Notes: a model not told the origin generated them from the sequence alone. A stretch of 64,000 nt of DNA from Macrostomum lignano (GCA_002269645.1 NIVC01001839.1:259462-323461), one strand, 5' to 3'. Counted from the first letter of the stretch, positions 48,005 through 62,211 are shown. Numbers and translations: made by a program.

Positions 48005-48865
48005 TGGCGCCAGACCTATTGCTTTGGTGGCGCCAGACCTATTGCTTTGGTGGCGCCAGACCTATTGCTTTGGTGGCGCCAGGCCTATTGCTTTGGTGGC
48101 GCCAGACTCATTGTCTTGGAGTGGGGGAAACGCCAGACTCATTATCTTGGAGTGGGAGAGGCGCCAGACTCATTGTCTTGGAGTGGGGAAGCGCCAGACT
48201 CATTATCTTGGAGTGGGAGAGGCGCCAGACTCATTATCTTGGAGTGGGAGAGGCGCCAGACTCATTGTCTTGGAGTGGGAGAGGCGCCAGACTCATTGTC
48301 TTGGAGTGGGAGAGGCGCCAGACTCATTGTCTTGGAGTGGGAGAGGCGCCAGACTCATTGTCTTGGAGTGGGAGAGGCGCCAGACTCATTGTCTTGGAGT
48401 GGGAGAGGCGCCAGACTCATTATCTTGGAGTGGGAGAGGCGCCAGACTCATTATCTTGGAGTGGGAGAGGCGCCAGACTCATTGTCTTGGAGTGGGAGAG
48501 GCGCCAGACTCATTGTCTTGGAGTGGGAGAGGCGCCAGACTCATTGTCTTGGAGTGGGAGAGGCGCCAGACTCATTGTCTTGGAGTGGGAGAGGCGCCAG
48601 ACTCATTGTCTTGGAGTGGGAGAGGCGCCAGACTCATTATCTTGGAGTGGGAGAGGCGCCAGACTCATTATCTTGGAGTGGGAGAGGCGCCAGACTCATT
48701 GTCTTGGAGTGGGAGAGGCGCCAGACTCATTGTCTTGGAGTGGGAGAGGCGCCAGACTCATTGTCTTGGAGTGGGAGAGGCGCCAGACTCATTGTCTTGG
48801 AGTGGGAGAGGCGCCAGACTCATTGTCTTGGAGTGGGAGAGGCGCCAGACTCATTGTCTTGGAGA
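48005..48865. repeat. 23-bp units (gcgccagacctattgctttggtg) switching to a 31-bp array (gcgccagactcattgtcttggagtgggagag)n
   Basis: About 4 plus about 25 units, inside PDZ intron 1. Confidence 0.96.
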
Positions 48866-49299
48866 GGGTGCACCGAACTGAAATTTTATGCTTAACATTC
48901 AGAGGACGGTTAAATCAACCAGAGCGCAAAAAACAACTTAGTAAGAATGTAGCAAGGAGAAAGTACAACGTTAAAAAAAAGTTATTCAGTGCACGGTTAT
49001 GCAACGCTAAGTGTTAGACAAAAAACAGGCACGCAATATAAAAAACATGTTTCTCAGGCTATTGATATTTTATAAATTAACTGATTGTTCAAAAGCTCTT
49101 GCAACCATTCAGTTTTATATCGGTGCGATACAATCCAGATTCTCTTGGATGTTATTGAAATTTTGCAGGACTTTTGAAGAAGTTTCGAAGGCAAACATAA
49201 TTGGCAATGCAAGTGCGCTTGTTGCCTGTTACTGCCGCCCAAAATCATGGTTATTGTAGCGATAAGAATAATTTATAAATAATCAATTTATTTTATTAG

Positions 49300-49935
49300 T
49301 GCCAGTTATCAGATAAGAATTCTCACCTGCTAGTTATCAGATAAGAATCCTCACCTGCTATAGTTATCAGATAAGAATCCTCACCTGCTATAGTTATCAG
49401 ATAAGAATCCTCACCTGCTAGTTATCAGATAAGAATCCTCACCTGATATAGTTATCAGATAAGAATCCTCACCTGCTATAGTTATCAGATAAGAATCCTC
49501 ACCTGCTAGTTATCAGATAAGAATACTCACCTGCTAGTTATCAGATAAGAATCCTCACCTGCTAGTTGTTAGATAAGAATCCTCACCTGCTATAGTTATC
49601 AGATAAGAATCCTCACCTGCTATAGTTATCAGATAAGAATCCTCACCTGCTAGTTATCAGATAAGAATCCTCACCTGCTATAGTTATCAGATAAGAATCC
49701 TCACCTGCTAGTTATCAGATAAGAATCCTCACCTGCTAGTTATCAGATAAGAATCCTCACCTGCTAGTTATCAGATAAGAATACTCACCTGCTAGTTATC
49801 AGATAAGAATCCTCACCTGCTAGTTGTCAGATAAGAATCCTCACCTGCTATAGTTATCAGATAAGAATCCTCACCTGCTAGTTATCAGATAAGAATCCTC
49901 ACCTGCTAGTTGTCAGATAAGAATCCTCACCTGCA
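49300..49935. repeat. 28/30-bp minisatellite (agttatcagataagaatcctcacctgct[at])n
   Basis: About 22 units. Confidence 0.96.
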
Positions 49936-50574
49936 AATTATGCACCTGTTACGGATAATTCCAGAAAAACTGCTTCAAACAGCATCTTCTTTGCCAAAAA
50001 ACTCACAGTTGGGCAATAAAAATTGGTAGAAGAACTTTACCTTACACCCTCAGAAGCATGAATTGCGCCTATTTTCCTTATTTTCCTTCAGCCAACTATA
50101 CTATACCTGTATTACTGCACAATAGCAAAGCAACGTGAGAAACAGGATATGAAAGGCTGAACATAAAGCCGCCTCGAGATGTTCGATCATTTTCTGACCT
50201 CTTTTGCGCGGCCGAACCAATTCCTACATTGCGCCCAGAGCCATTCTGAAGCCACCTTAGGAGGGGGCCTTGCCTACAATGTCGGCTCTTTTTATCTGTT
50301 AGTTCGCATCAGCAGCTGTCAAACACACCCGGTGTGAAGCTGCAGTAGGTCTGCACTGCTTGTAATTATAAGAAAATATGATTGTACCTTGCGGAATACA
50401 ATTTTGTTGGGTTAGAAATGCAGAAAACTTATTTAAGTGTGCATTCCGTTCAGTGTAAATTTATTAGATTAGTTTACTGTGAACTTTATCTAACACGGAG
50501 AAGCCTTTAAAAGTACGCATTTCAACCAGTTTTGATCATTATGTGTAATCAGTTGAGGCCATAAACCGTGTGTA

Positions 50575-50960
50575 ATCATCTATTTACCATAGACAGTGTG
50601 TAATCAGTTGAGACCATAGACAGTGCGTAATCAGTAGAGACCATAGACAGTGTATTTACAATCAGTTGAGGCCATAGACAGTGTGTAATCAGTTGAGACC
50701 ATAGACAGTGCGTAATCAGTAGAGACCATAGACAGTGTATTTACAATCAGTTGAGGCCATAGACAGTGTGTAATCAGTTGAGACCATAGACAGTGCGTAA
50801 TCAGTAGAGACCATAGACAGTGTATTTACAATCAGTTGAGGCCATAGACAGTGTGTAATCATTTGTGGCCATAGACAATGTCTAATCATCAATTTACCAT
50901 AAACAGAGTGTAATCATTCATCACCATAAACAGTGTGCATTCGGTTGTGGCTATAAACAG
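50575..50960. repeat. 27-30-bp minisatellite (ccatagacagtgtgtaatcagttgag[a/g]) with three-unit higher-order repeat
   Basis: A triplet of variants is repeated about 3 times. Confidence 0.9.
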
Positions 50961-51369
50961 TGCGTAACCAGTTGAAATAATCCTATATTCTCCTTTTAAT
51001 ATTCTGTTTGTCTGTCTCTCTGACTTTCTATTCCCCTTTCCCTTCAAAAGGGCATAAACTATATATGAAATACTTAAACTTATAGTCAAAACAAATTTGA
51101 TTGCACGGCAATAAAATCAAATTAGCTAAGTATTGGAGATATTTCGATCTGGATAGTTTACACGCAAAGCACCATACATTAAAGAATTGTAAGCCAAATA
51201 GTGTAGTATTTCGGGGTGGTGGATCGGTCATAATAAAACAAGATTGCAAGTGTGTTGTAAAAAACATTTTATTTTTTGCACGAATCGAACTTCAAGCGAT
51301 CTAGGAAGATTCGGGAAATTGACTTGCACAGCTGACGACCGAAAACTTTATAGAGCACACTCTGAAACC

Positions 51370-52410
51370 ATCTTAGAGACTGTGACAACTTTTTCGGGAC
51401 TCTGACATCCTCTTAGAGACCCTGACAACCTTTCGTAGACTCTGATATCCTTTTACAGACCCTGGCACTTTTTGGAGACTCTGAAATCCTCTTAGAGACC
51501 CTGAAACCCTTTTGGAGACTCTGACATCCTCTTAGAGACACTGACACCCTTTTTTGTAGACTCTGACATCCTCTTAGAGACCCTGGCACCCTTTTTGGAG
51601 ACTCTGACATCCTCTTAGGGACACTGACACCCTTTTGTAGACTCTGACATCCTCTTAGAGACTCTGAAACCCTTTTGGAGACTCTGACATCCTCTTAGAG
51701 AACCTGGCACCCTTTTTGGAGACTCTGACATCCTCTTAGAGAACCTGGCACCCTTTTTTGAGACTCTGACATCCTCTTAGAGACTCTGAAACCCTTTTGG
51801 AGATTCTGACATCCTCTTAGAGACTCTGAAACCCTTTTGTAGACTCTGACATCCTCTTAGAGACTCTGAAACCCTTTTGGAGATTCTGACATCCTCTTAG
51901 AGACTCTGAAACCCTTTTGTAGACTCTGACATCCTCTTAGAGACTCTGAAACCCTTTTGGAGACTCTGACATCCTCTTAGAGAACCTGGCACCCTTTTTG
52001 GAGACTCTGACATCCTCTTAGAGACACTGACACCCTTTTGTAGACTCTGACATCCTCTTAGAGACTCTGAAACCCTTTTGGAGACTCTGACATCCTCTTA
52101 GAGAACCTGGCACCCTTTTTGGAGACTCTGACATCCTCTTAGAGAACCTGGCACCCTTTTTTGAGACTCTGACATCCTCTTAGAGACTCTGAAACCCTTT
52201 TGTAGACTCTGACATCCTCTTAGAGACTCTGAAACCCTTTTGGAGACTCTGACATCCTCTTAGAGACTCTGAAACCCTTTTGGAGACTCTGACATCCTCT
52301 TAGAGAACCTGGCACCCTTTTTGGAGACTCTGACATCCTCTTAGAGACTCTGAAACCCTTTTGGAGATTCTGACATCTTCTTAGGGATACTGACACCGTC
52401 TTAATGATCC
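51370..52410. repeat. Dimeric ~40-bp satellite (gagactctgacatcctctta + gagactctgaaacccttttg)
   Basis: Two ~20-bp subunits sharing gagactctga; about 25 dimers. Confidence 0.95.
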
Positions 52411-53673
52411 TGATACCTTTTAAGAAGGCTCAATACATATTTTAGGATGGATACACGCATTACGCCAGAGGCAAAAAGCTACGAGGCATGATTTTTTAAT
52501 ACATATAGATAGATTTTCGCCTATTATTTCTACAGAGCTTCGATTCGTCACGTTTGTACTTTACTGTAAGTTTTCTATTGGCATTAACAGCTAACAGTAA
52601 CCGCGGTCGCCATGTCTCCTTGCTTTCCAGCGCAGTAAAATGTCACCAATTTGCCGATGCGCAGACTGCGTGGCCCCCTGCCTGAAGGTCTAGACTAGTC
52701 TGGCTCGTGTGCAAATGCAGCAGCACATCGAGGGCTTAGTAAGGATGGGATGAATTCAGGAGATGCGCCCCTCTGCATGTGTAGGGGCGCATTGTAAGAC
52801 ATTTTCTTGACCGTTAATCCACGATTCCGAATCGGCAATCAAAATCCTCTTTCGGGAAACCGAAGTTTTCTCCCTGGCAATAAACAAAATATTCGTGCAT
52901 TATATACGGCTGCATTTGGGGTGGTTGGTAACCGTGGAAAGCGGTAGGAATTCGTCTGTATGTTCCTATGTTATCATCAGGGCTGCACTTTCGATGCGTA
53001 TTATTAGTCTCGTAGCGCAACTCGTTCGTTGAAACGGTGCAGACAGGTACAAACAGGTTTGCTAAAAAACAAGGTTCAGTAATTAACTATTTAATACATG
53101 TAGTTGCAGGAGGGCTTGTTGTCACCCTGGGGCCATCGTAGTCTTTTTTCTTAGAGCGTTCCGTGGTCAAGCAAAGTTCTGAAGTACATGTAGTAAACAA
53201 GATCAAGCCAGCGAGCATAATTCTGTATCGTTAAAAAGTAACCAATTTTTTTTCAGGATAAAAGCATTTTTTCAAAGTGAGCAACCGAAATCTAGATTTT
53301 TACATTACTGAAATCAGTAGTACTTGTAATTTTATTCGCAGATTTAACAAAACAAATTGTTGCACAAATCTGGTTCGAAAGGAAAATGAGGTAACATATT
53401 TTCCATTGTAACTTGGCGCTAATTAAAAAAAATATACTCAGGGTGTACTTTTGCATTCACAAAAAGACCCCAAATTCAGTTTGACAGAAACAGGTATCAA
53501 AAGGTATTAAAATATAGCCTTTTAATTTACCGTATAACCACTGAATTTCGATGCTAAAAAACTATTGAATAAAATGGAACAGTATTATGAAGGCTTGCAC
53601 GAGGGCTCGAAAATGTTAGAAAAAACTATAAGGTGTTTACGGTGAGCTTAGTCTCTTAAATTATTGCTTAGGG

Positions 53674-53838
53674 CAGGGGTCGGCAGACTTTTACATGGGG
53701 CCCAGATAATGAGAGAGAGAGATGAGAGAAGAGAGCTGAGAAGAGACGAACTTAAGCGGACCGGATTGCTATTGTGAAGTGTCGAAGGACTCCAGGGCCG
53801 GATAAAGAGGCTTCGCGGCCCGAAGTTTGCCAACTCCT
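53674..53838 (-). mobile_element. hAT-like MITE family 1, copy 2
   Basis: caggggtcggcag ... gccggataaagaggcttcgcggcccgaagtttgccaactccta; reverse complement of copies 1 and 3, with a short GA tract. Confidence 0.7.
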
Positions 53839-54003
53839 ACTACTCATAAAGAACCAAGGAGGTTTAGGGGGTTTCAGCAGTTTTGGCAAAATTTTACATA
53901 AAACTTTCCCGACCAATCTGTATCGACAAAAACTAAAAATTGACGTCATTGATTGAACGCATATAGAGAGTCATCTAGGCATGAAAGGCTTGTTGAAACT
54001 AAA

Positions 54004-55990
54004 TTAAACCCTTAGACCGTCTGGACTCCAAGACGAAGAGGAATGGCGACCGTTTAGCAACGAGCCGGCAACGTAGCAGCGCGCCAGGTAGATCAGCCAC
54101 CAAAGCAGCTGGATGACTGGCAGGCCAACGAACAGAAGCAGACACATCATGCCGATGGTTAAGCCAACGTGGTTCCAATCCAGCAGAACCGGGTAGATGA
54201 CATTGCTGTGATCCGGCAGCCAGTACAGCAGGCTAAATGCACTGTAGATCAGGCCGTATAATGCCGTGTAGATCACGTGCACCAGTCTGACTGGCACTCC
54301 GGAGAATAGAACTTCGGTGAGCATGAAAACTGAATTAAATGCGTGCACTAGAACGTCGATAGGATTGATAGGTGCGGGATTAGCCTTCTGGATCATTGGG
54401 TAGAGCACGCCAAAGTATGCTCCGGTGACAAGCAGGGCAGCATTGGCGGCGATGCCGCACAGGAGCCACTGCAGCCGGAGTCCGACCTGACGCGGACTCG
54501 AGTCGCCAGCCAAGGCTGAGTCCGGATCGCCTCGACTGCCCATCAGATTGTCCGTCGACTTGAATCCGCTGGCTGACAAGCTGTAGCGCTGAACAGATAA
54601 AGTGGCACCGAGACTCGCCGATGTCTGACCACCGGAGCACAGCCAGAGTGTGACAGTGTTCACAATGGCAACTATAAAGTAAATTGTAATCACTAGGTAG
54701 CTCCAGATGGTCAAATAGCACAGAAAGAAATGGCGTTTAAACACGGTCGGCGGCTTTGTCGTTGTATCGTTGCCGCTGTCTAAAAATGTTATGTCCGAGG
54801 CGCCGCTGTTGGAATCCGTAGAGTTGTCAGGCACAAAGTTGACGAATGGCTGCGAGAATGTGATGTAGAGGAACACCGACACGCAGATGCCGCCCATGAT
54901 GAAGCGCAGGACGAGCATGAGCCATGCTGGCAGGCACTGAACATTTAGAATTGGGTTTGAGCAAATCGGTTCAATACATGATTCAAGGTCTCACATGGAT
55001 TTGTCAAAAATACTCAAATATCTTTGTTGTTTTCTATAAAATATAACTACAGGGTCTTCCAGTAGTTTACCAGAATCCAGCTCTCTGTATACTACAGGGT
55101 CTTCCAGTAGTTTACCAGAATCCAGATCTCTGTATACTACAGTGTCTTCCAGCACTTTACCAGAATCCAGCTCTCTGTATACTACAGTGTCTTCCAGTAG
55201 TTTACCAGAATCCATCTCTCTGTATACTACAGGGTCTTCCAGTAGTTTACCAGAATCCAGCTCTCTGTATACTACAGTGTCTTCCAGTAGTTTACCAGAA
55301 TCCAGCTCTCTGTATACTACAGTGTCTTCCAGTAGTTTACCAGAATCCAGCTCTCTGTATACTACAGTGTCTTCCAGCAGTTTACCAGAATCCAGCTCTC
55401 TGTATACTACAGTGTCTTCCAGCAGTTTACCAGAATCCAGCTCTCTGTATACTACAGTGTCTTCCAGCAGTTTACCAGAATCCAGCTCTCTGTATACTAC
55501 AGTGTCTTCCAGCAGTTTACCAGAATCCAGCTCTCTGTATACTACAGTGTCTTCCAGCAGTTTACCAGAATCCAGGTCTCTGTATACTACAGTGTCTTCC
55601 AGCACTTTACCAGAATCCAGATCTCTGTATACTACAGTGTCTTCCAGCAGTTTACCAGAATCCAGCTCTCTGTATACTACAGGGTCTTCCAGCAGTTTAC
55701 CAGAATCCAGATCTCTGTATACTATAGGGTCAACAGAACTGAAAGTCAAAACGCACCTGAGAATACACAAAATATTCGTAATAATCGTAGCTCAAGCTTA
55801 AATTCTTTCTCGGCGTCTTCTCGCACCTGGCTGCGGATTTCAAGTAACCGAATCCAGTCTCATCTTCGTTAGCAGGCATTCGACCCATTGCGGTTGAAGC
55901 AGTTTCTGCACCTTCTGGCTGATTCGCGGCAGTGTAACCGCTGGCTACTAATGGACTTTGCTGCTCGTTTTGCAACTCTTGATCGGCCAT
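54004..55990 (-). CDS. Rolling stone-like / FAR-17a/AIG1-family multi-pass membrane protein (exons 55990-55757, 54936-54004), nested antisense in PDZ intron 1
   Basis: YFVYSQ|CLPAWLMLVLRF junction (donor cag|gtgcgt, acceptor gttcag|, phase 0); FLCYLTIWSY, LQWLL, LVTGAYFG, VHAFNSVFMLTE, GLIYSAF, IYPVLLDW. The LT.W Thr and H..N His correspond to the AIG1/ADTRP conserved Thr/His. Confidence 0.85.
55040..55725. repeat. 45-bp minisatellite (ctctctgtatactacagtgtcttccagcagtttaccagaatccag)n
   Basis: About 15 units, within the intron of the rolling-stone-like gene. Confidence 0.96.
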
Positions 55991-56784
55991 TTTCCGGCTT
56001 ATATATCCTATACCTATAGCTTATCTACGTATGCCACGCACCGCTAGAGGCTGCTTGGTAATCTATTTCTCTTTCCCTCGCTCACCAAGACTTATCGCAA
56101 TCTGAAACGAGTGGACGAACTCAAACCAAAAAAAAACACAGCGGTTGACGCACACGAATATTAAAAAATAGTTTAATTATCGCCAGGGGGTACAAACTGC
56201 AAAAGTCGTTACGGCGCAGTTGCGGTACAACTGACCATGCGCAGGCTGCTGATTTATTGAATTTAAACACTCGAGAGAAAAGATTTGTTTAAAAAATATC
56301 AACCAATTCTCGTTGCTGCACAAGAAAGCAAGGTTCAGTTGGAAAGCATAGGAGTAATAAGGCTTAATACTGTCTATTTCTTTCTACCTACCTACGTTCG
56401 TACATGTACTAGTGACGTCTTTTCTGCCCCCTCTCTGTGTAGCCTGTCTCAGGGGTAAGGGACACAGGCGTTCGCAAGACACAGCGTATACTGCACGTGA
56501 TGTAGCTGCGTTGAGCTAAAAATAGAAGGCTTTAAAAGTCCAAATGTACGATTTGTACAGCAAGCTATAGGAAACTTTTCAACTGTCGATTCAAGCAGTG
56601 GCGCCATTTCAAAAAGTAACAGAGTAGAGCAAAGCCCTTCATTTTCTATGCCTCTCACTAATACTGGTGTCTAATTGCTCCCTAGCTGCGAACTTTGCGC
56701 TTCGGTGTGATTTCTACCGCCAATTTCACCGCGCTTTTTTAAAAGCGATTACTTTATAGACGTTAATAACGCATTTAAAGCACT

Positions 56785-57790
56785 CAAAAACACACTGGTT
56801 ACATTTTTACAAACACTGATTACAGATTTACAAACACTGATTACAGCTTTGCAAACACTGATTGCGGCTTTACGAACACTGATTACAGTTTTACAAACAC
56901 TGATTATAGCTTTACAAACACTGTTTACAGTTTCATTAAGACTGATTACAGCTTTACAAACACTGATTACAGCCTCATTAAGACTGATTACAGCTTTACA
57001 AACACTAATTACAGCTTCACAAACACTGATTACAGTTTCACAAACACTGATTACAGTTTTATAAACACTGATTACAGTTTTACAAACACTGATTACAGTT
57101 TTACAAACACTGATTACAGCTTTACAAACACTGATTACAGCTTTACAAACACTGATTACAGCTTTACAAACACTGATTACAGCTTTACAAAGACTGATTA
57201 CAGCTTCGATAACACTGATTGCAGCTTTACAAACACTGATTACAGTTTTACAAGCACTGATTACAGTTTTACAAACACTGATTACAGCTTTACAAACACT
57301 GATTACAGCTTTGCAAACACTGATTACAGCTTTACAAGCACTGATTACAGTTTTACAAACACTGATTGCAGCTTCACAAACACTGATTACAGTTTTAGAA
57401 GCACTGATTACAGTTTTACAAACACTGATTACAGCTTTACAAACACTGATTACAGTTTTACAAACACTGATTGCAGCTTTACAAACACTGATTACAGTTT
57501 TAGAAGCACTGATTACAGTTTTACAAACACTGATTACAGCTTTACAAACACTGATTAAAGCTTTACAAACACTAATTACAGCTTCACAAGCAGTGATTAC
57601 AGCTTTACAAACACTGATTACAGCTTTGCAAACACTTGATTACAGCTTTACAAACACTGATTACAGTTTTACAAGCATCGACTACAGTTTTACAAAAACT
57701 GACTACAGTTTCACAAAGACTGATTACAGCTTCGATAACGCTGATTACAGCTTTATAAACACTGTTTACGGCTTCAAAAACACTGTTTAC
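56785..57790. repeat. 21-bp minisatellite (acaaacactgattacagcttt)n
   Basis: About 45 units, decaying at both ends. Confidence 0.96.
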
Positions 57791-58021
57791 GGCCTCATAA
57801 GAATGAGATTTACAAACAAAAATTTTCAAAACATGCCAAAAATTTGGCTAAATTTAAAACATTGCATCGTTACAGAGAAATTCATGTGCAATAAAATCTG
57901 TGATATGTGAAAACGTAGATAGAAGTGAAGAAGCAGTTCACGCGCTACTACTGGCAGTAGCAATATCAGACATTTCACTAACGGAATAATAACTAGTGCT
58001 AAATTACCGGTACACTCCAAG

Positions 58022-58173
58022 GTCACTCCGGGCAGTCCAGCAGCTCTGGCCGGTCTGCAGAAAGGCGACACCATCGAGTTCATCGACGGCTGTCGGGGCG
58101 CCGACCTCACCTATAGCGACGCTATGCAAATGTTAAAACGCAACAGCGGTACGATGGCGTTGGAAATTATACC
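58022..58173 (+). CDS. PDZ-domain protein, exon 2 (second half of PDZ)
   Basis: ctccaag|VTPGSPAALAGLQKGDTIEFIDGCRGADLTYSDAMQMLKRNSGTMALEII|gtgagt completes the PDZ begun at 47811; phase 0 in, phase 2 out. Confidence 0.9.
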
Positions 58174-58244
58174 GTGAGTATACAGTGCGCTCCGTGGCGC
58201 TCGATTTTATGTTCGTCAGGGTCATAGGCCCTAGGTCATAGGTC

Positions 58245-58560
58245 TGAAGTAGATGGGTCATGCTCTGAGGTAGATGGGTCATACTCTGAGGTAGATGGGT
58301 CGTGCTCTGAGGTAGATGGGTCATACTCTGAAATAGATGGGTCATGCTCTGAGGTAGATGGGTCATACTCTGGGGTAGATGGGTCATACTCTGGGGTAGA
58401 TGGGTCATGCTCTGAAGTAGATGGGTCATGGTCTGAAGTAGATGGGTCATGGTCTGAAGATGGGTCATGGTCTGAAGTAGATGGGTCATGGTCTGAAGTA
58501 GATGGGTCATGCTTCCTGATAGTGGGTCATGCTTCCTGACAATGGTTCATGCTTTCTAAC
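58245..58560. repeat. 21-bp minisatellite (gtagatgggtcatgctctgag)n
   Basis: About 14 units immediately after PDZ exon 2. Confidence 0.93.
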
Positions 58561-59126
58561 AATTAATCAAGCTCAATACTGTGAATACTATGCTTTATTC
58601 TGTTTCCATTTTGATCCAACAAGTAGCGCTAGACTATAAAAAGAAATTATTATTAATTGAAAAAACAGCTGCACCAAATCCTGCTGAAATTTGCTTACAC
58701 CCAAAGAAACAGCGTTATCAGCCAGCAGCATCGAGATGCAAAGAATTTGGTTGTACGAGAACCGACAGAACCGATTTTTGTCTTGCGCTGCAAATCCGCC
58801 GCAACAAGTCGAAACGTTGTGTTGCTTTTTTCATGACTGGCTTCTGGCGTTTAGCGTTTCTACCGAGCTATACGAACACTATTACCGAATTTTGCATTTT
58901 TGCATTTTCGTAATTAGCCTGGCAACTGCAGCAGCATGTATGCAAGCAGAAGACAGGGGAAATCCATAGCAGAACACGTCAGAATAGAAAGCTGTGGTGG
59001 GGGTGCAGGTTTGCAAGGGTGGAGAAAGAAAAAAAAATTCTAGTCTGACTCGCTCACTGCACCGGGAAAGGTTTCATACATCCGAATCTCGTAGACGTCT
59101 TACAGGCGTTTATGGAAACGCTTTAG

Positions 59127-59465
<339 letters not shown>

Positions 59466-60077
59466 TACACAGATACACACGGATAGATATACATAAACAG
59501 TTCGGTACCTGTGCAGCTCCAGCACAGAAGCTACAAATGCATTTCTGGAGCCACTGAAGCGCATCTTTGACTCTAGCTAGCAGGCTTCGGTAGATTCTCG
59601 TTCCTCCTTAATTAGCTCGGCCGAGGCTCTTAAGACCTCCCGCTTGCGCCCAGACAGACAGACCGACCGACCGATTCATTTTATCGAGAGCGCTGCAGGC
59701 CGCGGGATTGTCAGAACGCCAGTGCACGCAGATTACACACTATCAGTCTACTTCCGACGTTCAGAACCGACACTGAAGGCTTAGGGGGTCTAACGGTCAG
59801 CTACGTTGTTAGCACACAGAGTGTTCAGCCACTAGGCCCATACATATATAAAGATTTCCCTTTTGCACCTTGGAACCTTTAAGGAATTCTCTTTCGAACA
59901 CCGACGTGTTTTTAGCGAGATCTAAATAGAACTGGAGTGGATCTTGGTACATATTCATTTATGAGATCATTTATCATTGTCATGGTCGAATAAATACTCG
60001 TACTTTGTTTTGCACCCTCTCAGCGAGCCCTCTACCTGAGTTAATCTACACTTTGTAATTTTATCACCCGTTTCTAG

Positions 60078-60156
60078 AAGCGGCTTCAGCAGTGAACTAT
60101 CTTCTAACGATCTGCACTCTATGCTGTCCGCTTCTCCGAGGCACTCGAGAAACACG
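60078..60156 (+). CDS. Candidate internal exon of the PDZ gene
   Basis: cccgtttctag|...|gtaagt, 79 nt, open in the phase-2 frame (SGFSSELSSNDLHSMLSASPRHSRNT). Confidence 0.4.
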
Positions 60157-61270
60157 GTAAGTTCGTTTCTGAATTCTACAGAGAGCCTTATCGAACACTT
60201 CAAACACTGTAGCGCAAGGTTTGATCACTGAACGTTCTGTAATTGCGTTGAACTTGCGGTGGCATTTCATCGAGCTTTTATATAAACCAAGGAAAATATA
60301 GAGAGATGAAAGTAGATATGAGTTATATAGAGATCGTTGGAACGAGCGCTAAGTCATACACTTGGTGACATGCCCTAGTGAATGTTTCTTAAGCCATCAC
60401 CGACAAGCTACAACAGCTGCCACCCTGTACGGTTGTGTTCAGTTTGTTGCATCGCGCACTGCTTAAGTTATGACCCACCAAGCAGAGACTAGTGGTGCTT
60501 GTGTTTCGGATTCCAGAGTGCATGCAGTGTTGCAATTTTCGATTCGAAATGGTGTTTCTGGGCAGTTGGCACGGCTTGGATGTTGCCAAGGTACCGTTAA
60601 GGGAGCCAGAATATTCCGTTTAGCGAATAGGAAGACATTTTGAAGCACTAAGCTAAGCTACCTTTGGGATTTCAACAACTGTAGCTATAGCCTAGATTTG
60701 GCGCAGGTTTCCGAGAGCTGCTGCGTATAGAGGGAGAGACAGAGAGAGAATGCACGTAGCCGATTCGCATCATCATAAACGCAGCAGCAATTCCCCTCCC
60801 AGCTAGGACTAATTCCAAAATACACTCTGCAGTTCCATCGCTTGCTCCTCTCTCCAGTAAAGTCCCAATCCGCAACGGCTCCAATCGCGCGCGACGCAGG
60901 TTACGAGTAATACGCCTGGCGCACTGTCTTACCAGTGACACAGCAATGCCCCGACTACCTAAGCATCACGTGGGAAGGAAATTTAGGAGAAAAAAGGAAC
61001 GTATCTAAAGGGGCATTCGTGAAGGGCGCGCTCTTTCTGGAGGGAGGTGGATTGGATGAAGGATTCAATTGCTGGTAGAGAGATAGACAGAAGGGCCGAG
61101 ATGAAAGGACAGAACGGAGTGGGTGAATTCTATTTTTACGCACCTGGCTGCTGTATCACTTCTGGTCTTGGGTCTCCGAGCCCGACTATATAGCGTTTGA
61201 TCCTCGCCAAAACTTCCTACTTTCATATAGCAAATCAATATTATTGAGAAAATCTAAAGGCGTGCAATAG

Positions 61271-62033
61271 AGACAAAATGCGCAGCTGCCAGTCGGAATA
61301 CTCGGGCTCACCAGGACGGACTAGGCGTCAGCTGTCTCTGCTGCACTGCCAGCTCATGCAGCCGCACCAGCAGTTGCGCTATCAGTTCCAGCAGCAGCGC
61401 GAGCAGCAGCTCCATCAACAGCAACAACAAAATCAATTTCAGAGTCTGCTAGCCGACGATTGTCTCAGCCCGTCGTCCAGCGTTGTCAACTTGCTGCAGA
61501 CGCACAACCCAGCGCCAATGACGGCCTGGTCCACGGCCCAACCAGCATTCCGTCGGGTGAACAGTCAAGAAGCCCGGATGAGTCCCATGGTTGGGATTTC
61601 CCAGTCGTCAACGGACGAATCGCCGGCAATGTCGCAGCAGAACCAGCTCGGCCAAGCGGTTCGAAGACGCAACGCGTCCAGTGTGGCTCGGTCGGCCGCA
61701 TACCACAGCTACGTCAGACAGTTGCAGCAGCCGCAGCAGCAGCAGCAGTTTATGGCCAACAACGCGTGGGATCCGCCGGACCCGCTGTCTAACTTGCGAC
61801 GCAGTTGCAGTGCGGCGACGCTGCCGCACTCGTTCAGAACTGGTGGCAGTCAGTACAATTTGTTCAACCAGCAGCCTCAACCGCAACAGCAGCAGGTACC
61901 GGACAAGCTACTGAACCTATACTATCAGGGCGGACCGCAGGACAAAAAGCCATTCAGCTATACGGCGGACAACCAACTATTGGAAAGGGAATTGCAGGAC
62001 GCTTTCATGCGAAGACGCCGGTCGAGGCCGTGA
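61271..62033 (+). CDS. Gln-rich disordered terminal exon, probably the PDZ gene C-terminus
   Basis: 251-aa GC-rich ORF with poly-Q and DKKPFSY. An in-frame stop at 61245-61247 limits its 5' extent. Acceptor at 61270 fits phase 2; acceptor at 61259 fits phase 0. Linkage to the PDZ exons is inferred. Confidence 0.65.
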
Positions 62034-62211
62034 GTCTGAGTAGCTGTCATTACTAGTAATTGGTTCGAATCTGTTAACGATAATAATTCTTTGTAGAATT
62101 ATTTTTCGTGATTTAAGCCAAGGCAATAATAAAGTCTTGCTTTCCTCGAGAAGATCCCTATTCGGTGTTTAAATTCATTGCAGAGGAATCAAAATGCCCG
62201 ATAGTTTAGAC

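Noticed and set aside
52763-52792. 10-bp perfect hairpin atgcgcccct/aggggcgcat as a Helitron 3' end
   Set aside because: No CTRR terminus at the expected distance and no second copy in the window.
54991-55801. 15-aa repeat proteins (YRELDSGKLLEDTVV)n and (SSSSLPESSSLYTTV)n
   Set aside because: A 45-bp minisatellite inside the intron defined by the donor at 55756 and acceptor at 54937; open on both strands only because the unit is a multiple of 3.
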